Source: Chitinivibrionales bacterium
GTDB lineage: Bacteria; Fibrobacterota; Chitinivibrionia; Chitinivibrionales; WJKA01
Direction of reading: 5' to 3'
Assembly: GCA_038247415.1 (NCBI GenBank)
Contig: JBBRUX010000003.1
Coordinates: forward strand, 32,001 to 96,000
Length of the DNA stretch: 64,000 bases
Shown: piece by piece, positions 39,334 to 48,198 of the stretch
Numbering within the stretch: position 1 is the stretch's first letter
Layout: each line of letters begins with the position of its first letter
The notes under the pieces: model-generated
What the model was told of the DNA's origin: nothing
The model's input: the letters and a program-made list of their open reading frames with translations, nothing else
The model's database searches: none
Translations under genes and position numbers: made by a program

Positions 39334-41496
39334 ATGGAACAGGTACGCGTTACCGTTCGCGATACCACCTTCCGCAATAGCGATACCGGATTCTCGGTTG
39401 TTCGTACTGTGTATGAGTCCTCGCTTAATGCACTATCCCTTGTTGGCGTGCTCCCGGAAGTACACGCGGGCGAAGTTTTAATTGCCTCTGGTGAATTTGT
39501 AAACCATCCTCGTTTTGGTTCACAATTTTCTGTTTCTTCACTCCACATCGAACCGCCGTCTTCCAAAGAGGCCGTGTATACGTTGTTGGCTTCTGGATTT
39601 GTTCCGCACATTGGCCCTTCGCGTGCGCGCAAGATTGTAGATCTCTTTGGCGATCAAACCCTCGAAGTGCTCGATACCCAACCGCAACGCTTACGTGAAG
39701 TAAAGGGAATTGCAAAAAAACATATCGATCGCATTATTACAAAATGGGTTGAAAAAAAAGCAATTCGGGCGCTGATGCTGTTTTTGGCACACTACGATAT
39801 TTCACCAACGTTTGCAGGACGAATTTATGCCGCGTATAAAGATGCGTCAATTAAAACCATTCAGGAAAATCCGTATTGTCTAATAAGCGATATTTGGGGC
39901 ATTGGTTTTAAAAAGGCCGACGCAATTGCACAAAAAATTGGTTTTCCTCATGATTCTTTCCGTAGAATACGTGCTGGAATTGTGCACGTGTGCCTCGAAG
40001 CTCAAGGCGAAGGGCATTTGTTTGTAGACTATAGCGAGCTTGTGAACCAAGCTTCAGAGTTGCTTGCCGTTCCAAGCGATGCCGTGATCTTTTCGCTTGA
40101 TGACCTCCTTGCTACCCGGGAGCTTGTGCGAGAAGATACGAGAGTGTACCTCAAACAATCGTGGTATGCGGAAGCCGCTGTTGCTAATCTTATTAGTCAA
40201 AGAATTGCCGTGTCGGGCTTAGGGGTACAAACTAGTGCGCTCGATTCCTTTCTAGGCAATTATTCTCACCTGAGTGGCTGGGTGGGAGATCCCTTGCAGG
40301 TGACTGCTATTAAGGAAGCTATTCAGAACACTTTGTTTTTATTAACAGGTGGACCAGGGACCGGTAAAACAACAACGCTTAAGGTCATTGTCGCGTATTT
40401 TTTGCAGCAAAACTGTCGCATAGCCTTGGCTGCCCCAACCGGACGTGCTGCCCAGCGCATGGGGGGAATATCATCGGTAAAGGCGCAAACCATTCATCGA
40501 CTTTTAGAATTTAAACCCAACGGTGAATCGTTTGCTTTTGCGCGTAATGAAAATAATCAGCTTGAAGCTGATGTTATAATTGTTGACGAAGTGTCTATGA
40601 TTGACATTTTTCTCATGCGTTCGCTCTTATGTGCATTGTCCCCTTCAGCACGATTGGTGTTGGTTGGAGATCCCGATCAGTTGCCGTCGGTGGGGCCTGG
40701 AGCTGTTTTAGCTGATATTTTGGGCACCAGATCTCTTGCCCATGTTCATTTACAGAAAATCTTCCGTCAAGAGCATGGGTCAACCATCGTTGGTGCTGCC
40801 CATGCTGTGAGTGCGGGCACTGTTCCAATCTTTAGTAACGCCAAAAGCGATAATTGCTTTTTTCTGTCACGCGAAACACCCGAAGAGTGTCTTTCGTGCA
40901 TTATAGATCTTGTCAAAACACGATTGCCCTCAAACTATGGTCTTAATCCAATTGCAGATATTCAGGTTTTATCCCCAATGCACAGGGGGGTGGTGGGAAC
41001 GGTAAATCTGAATATAATGTTACAAAAGGAGCTTAATACATCTGTGCAAACCATAGCACGCGGGGAAGTCGTATTTGCCTGCGGCGATAAAGTTATGCAA
41101 GTTCGAAATAACTATGAGAAAAATGTTTTTAATGGCGATATTGGCTTTATAGAATCAATACAGGCCGATACGTCTCTTATGGTACGCTTCGATGAGGTTT
41201 GTGTTGAGTATGATTATGGCAAGCTCGATCAATTGATTCATGCGTATTGCATTAGTATCCATAAAAGCCAGGGATGCGAATTTAAAGCCGTAATTATTCC
41301 GGTAACAACACAGCACTATGTGATGCTCAAGCGAAATCTTATGTATACTGCAATGACGCGTGCGCGCACGGTGTGCATTTTTGTAGGCAGCAAAAAAGCC
41401 CTTGGCATTGCAGTAGCGGCTCAGGATGCGTCTGCACGCAACACGTACCTTGGTCAACGTATTCTCGAAGAATTGTCGAAACAGTCAAGAAACTAA
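39334..41496 (+). CDS. recD2: RecD2-family SF1 DNA helicase
   Basis: N-terminal HhH region, GGPGTGKTT, DEVSM, GDPDQLPSVG, SIHKSQG. Confidence 0.93.
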   Translation: MEQVRVTVRDTTFRNSDTGFSVVRTVYESSLNALSLVGVLPEVHAGEVLIASGEFVNHPRFGSQFSVSSLHIEPPSSKEAVYTLLASGFVPHIGPSRARKIVDLFGDQTLEVLDTQPQRLREVKGIAKKHIDRIITKWVEKKAIRALMLFLAHYDISPTFAGRIYAAYKDASIKTIQENPYCLISDIWGIGFKKADAIAQKIGFPHDSFRRIRAGIVHVCLEAQGEGHLFVDYSELVNQASELLAVPSDAVIFSLDDLLATRELVREDTRVYLKQSWYAEAAVANLISQRIAVSGLGVQTSALDSFLGNYSHLSGWVGDPLQVTAIKEAIQNTLFLLTGGPGTGKTTTLKVIVAYFLQQNCRIALAAPTGRAAQRMGGISSVKAQTIHRLLEFKPNGESFAFARNENNQLEADVIIVDEVSMIDIFLMRSLLCALSPSARLVLVGDPDQLPSVGPGAVLADILGTRSLAHVHLQKIFRQEHGSTIVGAAHAVSAGTVPIFSNAKSDNCFFLSRETPEECLSCIIDLVKTRLPSNYGLNPIADIQVLSPMHRGVVGTVNLNIMLQKELNTSVQTIARGEVVFACGDKVMQVRNNYEKNVFNGDIGFIESIQADTSLMVRFDEVCVEYDYGKLDQLIHAYCISIHKSQGCEFKAVIIPVTTQHYVMLKRNLMYTAMTRARTVCIFVGSKKALGIAVAAQDASARNTYLGQRILEELSKQSRN

Positions 41497-41546
41497 AAAA
41501 AATGGCATCCTATTTTTAAAGACTTTTGCAAAGAGGGTGGAGAATA

Positions 41547-42500
41547 ATGAATACGATACGATTAGGGGTAATTGGAGCAGGCGTTTTAGGGTCATATCAT
41601 CTGGAGAAGTGTTGTAAGCATTCTCATGCAGTGTGTAGTGGTATTTACGATCAGATACATTCTTTGGCGATAGAGAAGGCATCGCGTCATAACTGTACTG
41701 CCTTTGCATCGGTTGCAGAGCTCCTTGCCAATTCCGATGCAATTATAGTGGCAACACCGGCGCGAACGCATCATGAGGTCGCCATGGAGTGCCTTCGAGC
41801 TGGAAAACATGTTTTAATCGAAAAGCCCTTAGCCGCGAGTGTCGCAGAGGGCGAAGAAATTGTTGAAACTGCGCGTAAAATGGGGTGCGTGGTACATGTT
41901 GGTCATTCGGAAGCATTTAATCCTGCAATTATTAAACTGCATGAATTTGCTCCTGCACCGCAATTTATAGAGGTACATCGTCTTGCAGCATTTTCGCCAC
42001 GGGGGACAGATGTGTCGGTTGTACTTGACCTTATGGTACATGATATACATCTGGTATTACGATTTTGCAAGGAATTGCCCGACCCCGAAAAAAGCCTCGC
42101 TACGGGTGTGGCTATTGTTTCCAATGATATCGATATTGTGAATGCCCGTCTCATGTTTCCTTCAGGATGCGTTGCTAATATGACAGCGAGCAGAATATCC
42201 GCAAAAAAAATGAGGAAGTTTCGAATGTTTCAAAAGAGCGGTTATTTTTCTGCCGATCTAGACAAAAGAGAAGTGGTCAGGTGCTGGCTAACTCAACCTT
42301 CGCAGCAGGAATCCGGACCTATCGGGATGTCTACGAGCATCGCGGAACCATCCGATGCGCTGAGTGCCGAGCAAGAGGCTTTTCTGTCGGCGATTTCGGG
42401 TGTTCCATCGGTGCCCGGTTGTGGCGGAACAAGTGGTTCAGAAGCGCTCAATGTGCTGATTGTCTGCGAAATGATTTTAAATCAGATCCAAAAGCGGTAA
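41547..42500 (+). CDS. Gfo/Idh/MocA oxidoreductase (GnnA-like)
   Basis: GVIGAGVLG, HVLIEKP, DVSVVLDLMVHD, TASRIS. Confidence 0.88.
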   Translation: MNTIRLGVIGAGVLGSYHLEKCCKHSHAVCSGIYDQIHSLAIEKASRHNCTAFASVAELLANSDAIIVATPARTHHEVAMECLRAGKHVLIEKPLAASVAEGEEIVETARKMGCVVHVGHSEAFNPAIIKLHEFAPAPQFIEVHRLAAFSPRGTDVSVVLDLMVHDIHLVLRFCKELPDPEKSLATGVAIVSNDIDIVNARLMFPSGCVANMTASRISAKKMRKFRMFQKSGYFSADLDKREVVRCWLTQPSQQESGPIGMSTSIAEPSDALSAEQEAFLSAISGVPSVPGCGGTSGSEALNVLIVCEMILNQIQKR

Positions 42501-42600
42501 GAAAAGCAGCTTGCATATTTTTATTAAGTTAGCGAGCTCTAAAACATGCCTTTTATTTTGTATTTTGGCTTAACGTATAATATTTTTCTTTTTGAAACAA

Positions 42601-42674
42601 GCGCCAGTAGCTCAGTTGGATAGAGCGTCGGCCTCCGAAGCCGAAGGTCGAGGGTTCGACTCCCCCCTGGCGTA
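42601..42674 (+). tRNA. tRNA-Arg(CCG)
   Basis: GCGCCAGTAGCTCAGTTGGATAGAGC...TCGGC-CTCCGAA-GCCGA...GGTTCGACTCCCCCCTGGCGTA; CCA not encoded. Confidence 0.95.
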
Positions 42675-42734
42675 GATAATTCGCATTCTTTACTCATTGA
42701 AAACCATGGCAAGGCCTTCACAAAGGGGGGTATT

Positions 42735-44426
42735 ATCCGATTCGAAACTAAAACTTCAGGGCTTTACGACGTTCTCACTCCAATTCAGGAAGATGGGGAA
42801 GTCTTTGATGCCGCTCTTTTACGCGAGAATTTAAATGCTCTCTTGGCGCAAGGTCGACGCAATATTGCGATCGATTTATCACAACTTGAGTATATCTACT
42901 CCGACACGATGAATGCGCTCTTTGCACTTAATCGTCAAATCCTTGATGTGAACGGTCGACTGGCACTTCTTGGACCATCAAAAGATGTTGCTCAGATTTT
43001 GCAAAGTGCTGGTATCTATAACTTTCTTAAGGTATACGATACCGAAAGCGAATTGCTTAAGAGCTCCGATGATATCATTGTGCAAACCTCTAGCTACAAT
43101 CTGTCGTCTATTCGAACCATGCAAGCCGAATCGGTCGAACCTGCAGTGCGTGGTGATTCAGACTTCGAAGATTTCAGGTCGGGCATTGCCGATGCATTCG
43201 ATACCGCACCTGCTCAACCTTCGCGTCCTAAGCAACCACCATCGCCTGCGCCTGAGCCTCCTCGCATGAGGGCACCTCAGAAGCCTGCGGCTCCAGTTGC
43301 TGAACCAGTTTTTGATCTAGGTGACGAAAGTGAAGCTTTTGTTTCTCGACCACAAGCTCAAAAAGCGCCAACAAATAAGGCACCTCAAGGTATGCCTAAA
43401 GGTTCTCGCCCTGTAGAGCAACCATCGTTTGGGCAAGAATCTTTTGACGAACCCGCATTTAAGCCATCTAAAAAGCCAGAGCCCGCTGTTGCACCTAAAG
43501 CTTCCAAAAATGTCGACCGATGGGAAGAAGAAATTGCAGAAAGCAAGTCATCTAAAAAATCTGCAATGCCTGTTGTTATAGGTGTTGCGGTATTTGTGCT
43601 GCTTGCCGCTGCTGCAATTATCATTGTACCAGGCTATATGGAATCCAATAAAAATAAAGATGTTTCTGCTGCTCCCGAAGCTGCAAAAATTCCGCAAGTT
43701 GCATCGGTGCCGGCTGCTGAGCCAAGCCCAGCTGCTCCTGAAGCGGTTGCCCCTGCTACCCAGCCAGCTCAAGTTGCACAAAGGCAAGCAGAATCAGCTC
43801 CAGTTCCACGCGATGCTGCGCAAAAACCGGTTGCAGAAAAACCCAGAGCTACCTATGCTCCTGTCGCTTCTGCGCCGCCTCCAGCTGCACCATCTGCAGT
43901 TAACAAATTAGTAGTTCAATCAATTCCCTCTGGAGCTCGGGTAATTCTCAATAATAATCCTCGTGGAGAAACCCCTCTTGAGATCGATAATCCACCCAAG
44001 GCAAAATATCGTCTTATTGTAAGTAAAGATGGTTTTACTACTAAGGTCATGAGTATCGAGTTTAGGGGTGGCTACCAGGAAGAAAATGTTGAACTTGCAA
44101 TGGCAAATGAACCTGCTCCAGAACCTGCTGCAGCACCATATTCTCCACCACCTCCACCTCCGCCACCACCGGCTCCTGTTGCAGCACCTGCACCTGCGGC
44201 CTCATCCGCACCATCGGGAGATCCTGCTACTATATTTATTAGCTCGATTCCGCCTGTTGCAGATGTATATCTTGACGGAAGGCTCATTGGTAAAACTAAT
44301 ATAACAAAGCTTAATGTCTTTACAGGTACGCATACGATGCGCTTTTCAAAAAATGGCAAAGAAGTAACCAAAGATATGACATTTAGTGGTGGAGAGAACC
44401 CTTCTGTAATGGTTAAGATACAATAA
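42735..44426 (+). CDS. STAS domain - Pro-rich linker - TM - double PEGA domain protein (start codon uncertain)
   Basis: Frame open upstream of TTG 42843 (IRFETKTSGLYDVL...); STAS IAIDLSQLEYIYS; PEGA VQSIPSGARV...GETP and ISSIPPVADVYLDG. Confidence 0.8.
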   Translation: MRFETKTSGLYDVLTPIQEDGEVFDAALLRENLNALLAQGRRNIAIDLSQLEYIYSDTMNALFALNRQILDVNGRLALLGPSKDVAQILQSAGIYNFLKVYDTESELLKSSDDIIVQTSSYNLSSIRTMQAESVEPAVRGDSDFEDFRSGIADAFDTAPAQPSRPKQPPSPAPEPPRMRAPQKPAAPVAEPVFDLGDESEAFVSRPQAQKAPTNKAPQGMPKGSRPVEQPSFGQESFDEPAFKPSKKPEPAVAPKASKNVDRWEEEIAESKSSKKSAMPVVIGVAVFVLLAAAAIIIVPGYMESNKNKDVSAAPEAAKIPQVASVPAAEPSPAAPEAVAPATQPAQVAQRQAESAPVPRDAAQKPVAEKPRATYAPVASAPPPAAPSAVNKLVVQSIPSGARVILNNNPRGETPLEIDNPPKAKYRLIVSKDGFTTKVMSIEFRGGYQEENVELAMANEPAPEPAAAPYSPPPPPPPPPAPVAAPAPAASSAPSGDPATIFISSIPPVADVYLDGRLIGKTNITKLNVFTGTHTMRFSKNGKEVTKDMTFSGGENPSVMVKIQ

Positions 44427-44436
44427 TATTTTTATT

Positions 44437-45759
44437 GTGCAATCTATGAAAGATCGTTTTTTTGATGATGAAAAAGCCCCTTCAGAGAGGGGCTTTTTTC
44501 ATGTTCGGCCTTCACTCTGGCTGATAGGCTTTGTACTTGCGGGGCTTGGGCTCTGTATATGGCTGGGATCGAGAACAGTACACCATGCTGCTCCTGAGGT
44601 TGTGCAAACTCAGGTCGTAAGCTTTGTTCCAAAGCTTATTGGTCATGTTGTTAAGCCTGGCGATACGTTTGCGGGCATACTTGCGCTCTATGGAGTTCCT
44701 CCCGACAAGTCAAACAAACTTTATTCCTCGCTTATGTCAACTGGTTTTTCGTGTCTGTTTCCCGGCGATTCTCTTGTTCTTGCAATGACAGAAGAAGGCT
44801 CCTTGCTCGAATGCAACATTTTGTCGGGGCTATCGTATTGGTATCGGATGAAAATTGGCGGTCAGGGAATTAATGCCGAAAAAACAAAGCTTCCAATTAC
44901 TGTCCAGCAGTGTGTAATTTGGGGAGAGCTATCAAGCTCACTCTCGGAGGCGCTTAATGCGCTTGGTGTTGGCGATGCGGTTGTTTCACAATTTGCAGAT
45001 ATCTTTGCGTGGGATATCAATTTCTTTATGGATCCACAGCGGGGAGACCGGTTTCGTGTTGTGGTGGAGCGCCTCTATGCTGGCGATCGGTTTGTAGGGT
45101 ATGGGACAATTCTCGCTGCATCATATTGCAACCAGGGAAAAACGTTTACCGCTTTTGGTGTTACCGATACAACCGGCAAGATTCGCTATTACGATGAATC
45201 TGGAAAATCGCTCGAAAAGGAATTTCTAAAAGCACCCTTGCGGTACAATAGAATATCTTCGCTTTTCACCCTGCATAGAAAACACCCAGTTCTTGGAATT
45301 GTTCGACCCCATTTGGGTATCGATTATGCTGCACCAACCGGTACCCCTGTGTATGCAGCTGCAGACGGGTTGGTAGTTTTCTCTGGCGTAAAGGGTGGCT
45401 TTGGTCGGTATATTGTAATTCGGCATGGAGCTGCCTACGAAACAAGTTATGGTCATTTGAATAGTATCGCCAAAGGCGTTGGCGCTGGCAAGCGTGTTAT
45501 TCAGGGTAGTTGTATTGGCGCAGTGGGAAGTAGTGGGCTCTCGACGGGGCCGCATCTGGATTACCGTATGCAGAAAAATGGGCACTTTGTTAATCCACTT
45601 ACAATCAGTGCCCCGTCTAAAGAGGGTATTGATGTCGCGCATAGTGCGGTATTTTCGGTAACCCGAGATCAATGGCTCGATGTTTTTAATTTGCGATATG
45701 GGGCAGAACCTGGTTGTTATCTTTTTAATGTATATACGCAAGTTGCATCTTGTAAATAG
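44437..45759 (+). CDS. M23 family peptidoglycan DD-endopeptidase (MepM-like)
   Basis: TM anchor, LysM-like VKPGDT, HLGIDYAAPTGTP, YGHL, STGPHLDY. Confidence 0.93.
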   Translation: MQSMKDRFFDDEKAPSERGFFHVRPSLWLIGFVLAGLGLCIWLGSRTVHHAAPEVVQTQVVSFVPKLIGHVVKPGDTFAGILALYGVPPDKSNKLYSSLMSTGFSCLFPGDSLVLAMTEEGSLLECNILSGLSYWYRMKIGGQGINAEKTKLPITVQQCVIWGELSSSLSEALNALGVGDAVVSQFADIFAWDINFFMDPQRGDRFRVVVERLYAGDRFVGYGTILAASYCNQGKTFTAFGVTDTTGKIRYYDESGKSLEKEFLKAPLRYNRISSLFTLHRKHPVLGIVRPHLGIDYAAPTGTPVYAAADGLVVFSGVKGGFGRYIVIRHGAAYETSYGHLNSIAKGVGAGKRVIQGSCIGAVGSSGLSTGPHLDYRMQKNGHFVNPLTISAPSKEGIDVAHSAVFSVTRDQWLDVFNLRYGAEPGCYLFNVYTQVASCK

Positions 45760-45797
45760 TACCGATTCGATCGTTTCGAATGTAAGGTGGTTAAGGA

Positions 45798-46217
45798 ATG
45801 AATATGCAGCACGATATGATCTACGAAAAGGTTACGCGCGATCTGATTGAAAGTGGCAAAGAAGTTCGGTATAAAGCGCAGGCCTATGGTTTTGTCATGG
45901 GCGGGCTTGAGTTTCAAATTGGAAGAATTGGTATCAAGCGTCATTTGACAGGGCAGGAACTTTCGATTGGACTTGCAGATTATGCAGGGATTCAATTCGG
46001 ACCTTTGGCATGCTGCGTATTGTCTTTTTGGGGTATTCATGGAAGCCATGATTTCGGGCATATCGTCTATGCGATGATCGATATTGGCCTCATGAGTCGC
46101 AAAGAAGAAGATCAACTTCAAGACTTTTTTGATGCAATAGACCTAGGGGTATATTTAAATAACCAGAATTTCTATACTATCGATGCATCTGCTATAAAAA
46201 GAATACGCGGATCTTGA
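45798..46217 (+). CDS. Minf_1886-like conserved hypothetical protein
   Basis: RYKAQAYGFV, RHLTGQEL, FGPLA..VL..WGI, DFGHIVY..IDIG, EDQLQDF. Confidence 0.75.
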   Translation: MNMQHDMIYEKVTRDLIESGKEVRYKAQAYGFVMGGLEFQIGRIGIKRHLTGQELSIGLADYAGIQFGPLACCVLSFWGIHGSHDFGHIVYAMIDIGLMSRKEEDQLQDFFDAIDLGVYLNNQNFYTIDASAIKRIRGS

Positions 46218-46270
46218 AAATCGGGTGCCCCGCAATATATTTTTTAACGTCTTTTAAAAAGAATCTAAAT

Positions 46271-46343
46271 GCCGCTTTAGCTCAGTCGGTAGAGCAAGGG
46301 ACTGAAAATCCCTGTGTCCACAGTTCGATTCTGTGAGGCGGCA
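46271..46343 (+). tRNA. tRNA-Phe(GAA)
   Basis: GCCGCTTTAGCTCAGTCGGTAGAGC..GGGA-CTGAAAA-TCCC...AGTTCGATTCTGTGAGGCGGCA; CCA not encoded. Confidence 0.96.
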
Positions 46344-46352
46344 TTTTAATAC

Positions 46353-46392
46353 AAGGGCTTGTAGATAAAATTATCTGCAAGCCCTTTTTTTT
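46353..46392 (+). terminator. Terminator after tRNA-Phe
   Basis: AAGGGCTTGTAGATAA-aa-TTATCTGCAAGCCCTT followed by a T run. Confidence 0.85.
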
Positions 46393-46396
46393 ATGG

Positions 46397-46473
46397 ATAA
46401 ACTAAGAATAAACTAAGAATAAAATAAGAATAAAATAAGAATAAAATAAGAATAAAATAAGAATAAAATAAGA
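46397..46473 (+). repeat. 11-bp tandem repeat, 7 units
   Basis: 2 x ATAAACTAAGA then 5 x ATAAAATAAGA. Confidence 0.95.
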
Positions 46474-46480
46474 ATAGATA

Positions 46481-46894
46481 CATAAGATTGTGGGCATTCC
46501 AGCTTCGCTGTCGGGCCTCACCTCTTTAGGCGCCCAAAGGAAGTACCCTTGGAGTATTTTCCGATGCGGCTCCTCCTACGCTCTGGCTTAGCCAGCCGGT
46601 CTTTCATGCCATGCGGCACAAGGTGCCTGAGGCATTCAAGAATGAAAGATTCACTCCGTTTTGCTTTCATTCTCCAGTCCTGGCTAATGATCTTGACATG
46701 CGTGTGCTTTTGTGTTCACACCTTTCCGTCAACGGATAGGGGTACGGGGTGAGGCTCAAATGTAAATAAATCCCACAGTTATTTTTCGGAAAAAATCCGT
46801 TGACTTACGCGTTAAACAGGACTGGAAGGTGGCACCAAAGGCGAATGCCCGCGCTTGTAAGGAGAGCCGACGGTGGCAACCGTGGCGTCCAGAT
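46481..46894. repeat. Intergenic structured repeat element, locus 2 (terminal module and core on - strand; short core on + strand at 46800-46894)
   Basis: Homology to 3853-4080, with compensatory changes in stems. Confidence 0.75.
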
Positions 46895-47067
46895 TCTGGA
46901 TTTAGAAGATCTTTATTAGGGTTAAAGTGCAAAAAACTCTATAAATCAAGTATATTAATTACCTCTCTCCTCGATTAAAGCATTCTTGGAATACTAAGAG
47001 ACCACAATCGAGTAGACCATACTCAGACTTTAAATATTTAAAAATAGCGAAAGGATTCTTTTTATTT

Positions 47068-48123
47068 ATGGCACGATTAAAAACGATTTATTGGAATAAT
47101 AATACACTTCGCATGATTGATCAGACCTTGCTGCCAACAACGCTCGTATCTGTGGATATTACCGATGTTAAAGATGTGTACAACGCAATTAAAACACTCA
47201 TGGTTCGCGGAGCGCCGGCAATTGGAATCGCTGGTGCATATGGGACGTATCTGGGTGTTGCCCATTTGCCAGAGTCTATAGACAAGGATACTTTTTTTGA
47301 TGTTTTGACAAAAAATGCAGATTATTTAAATTCGTCTCGGCCTACTGCCGTGAACCTTTCGTGGGCCATTAACCGAATGGTGCGCTGTGCCAAAACATTG
47401 GTTGCCGAACCAGTACAGAAAATTAAAGATGCGCTCCTCGCAGAAGCCCATGCCATTTACGAACTCGATTTAAAAACGTGCCGCGCAATTGGTGAGTATG
47501 GCTACGAAGAGCTTAAAGGCTTTACTACCTTGTTGACACATTGTAATGCGGGCGGCTTGGCAACATCCGAGTACGGAACTGCGCTGGCACCCATTTACAT
47601 TGGGGCAGAAAAAGGAAAGAAATTTAGTGTTTTTTCCGATGAAACGCGGCCGCTTTTACAAGGATCTCGCATAACGGCATTTGAGCTTGCGCAAGCAGGC
47701 ATAGATGTAACGGTTATTTGCGATAATATGGCAGCCTATGCAATGTCGCTTGGAAAAATAGATGCCGTTATTGTTGGTGCCGATCGTATTACTCGCAATG
47801 GCGATGTAGCAAATAAGATTGGGACCTATAGTGTCGCCCTTGTTGCTAAAGCCCATACTATCCCTTTTTATGTAGCTGCGCCCTTGTCTACGTTTGATGC
47901 AGTCATGAAAACAGGCAAGGAAATTCCTATCGAAGAACGGGCTGCAGAAGAAATAACCCATGGGTTTGGCAAACGAACTGCTCCCGAAAATGTCAAGACT
48001 TTTAATCCTGCTTTTGATGTAACTCCGGGTACTCTGGTAACGGCTTTTATTACCGAAAAAGGTATTATTCGCCCTCCGTTTACCACGTCGCTGCCAGCAC
48101 TTCTCGATGCACCTCATGCCTAA
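47068..48123 (+). CDS. mtnA: S-methyl-5-thioribose-1-phosphate isomerase
   Basis: IDQTLLP, MVRGAPAIG, SRPTAVNL, THCNAG, ETRPLLQG, NKIGT. Confidence 0.96.
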   Translation: MARLKTIYWNNNTLRMIDQTLLPTTLVSVDITDVKDVYNAIKTLMVRGAPAIGIAGAYGTYLGVAHLPESIDKDTFFDVLTKNADYLNSSRPTAVNLSWAINRMVRCAKTLVAEPVQKIKDALLAEAHAIYELDLKTCRAIGEYGYEELKGFTTLLTHCNAGGLATSEYGTALAPIYIGAEKGKKFSVFSDETRPLLQGSRITAFELAQAGIDVTVICDNMAAYAMSLGKIDAVIVGADRITRNGDVANKIGTYSVALVAKAHTIPFYVAAPLSTFDAVMKTGKEIPIEERAAEEITHGFGKRTAPENVKTFNPAFDVTPGTLVTAFITEKGIIRPPFTTSLPALLDAPHA

Positions 48124-48128
48124 AAACA

Positions 48129-48170
48129 AAGCGGCCCGTGTACGCTACGGTACACGGGCCGCTTAAAAAA
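48129..48170. terminator. Hairpin terminator between convergent genes
   Basis: AAGCGGCCCGTGTAC-gctacg-GTACACGGGCCGCTT-AAAAAA. Confidence 0.85.
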
Positions 48171-48198
48171 TCCCCTCACGATATGCAGTAGTAAACTA

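Noticed and set aside
46397..46473. CRISPR array
   Set aside because: The 11-bp units are contiguous with no spacers, and there are no cas genes in the window.
46800..47067. SAM-I riboswitch upstream of mtnA (GGACTGG and GGCAACC words present)
   Set aside because: The ordered SAM-I core (ATC..GAG start, GATGA, GGTGC.AA, closing GAT) is absent; the words belong to the repeat core also found at 3.9 kb.
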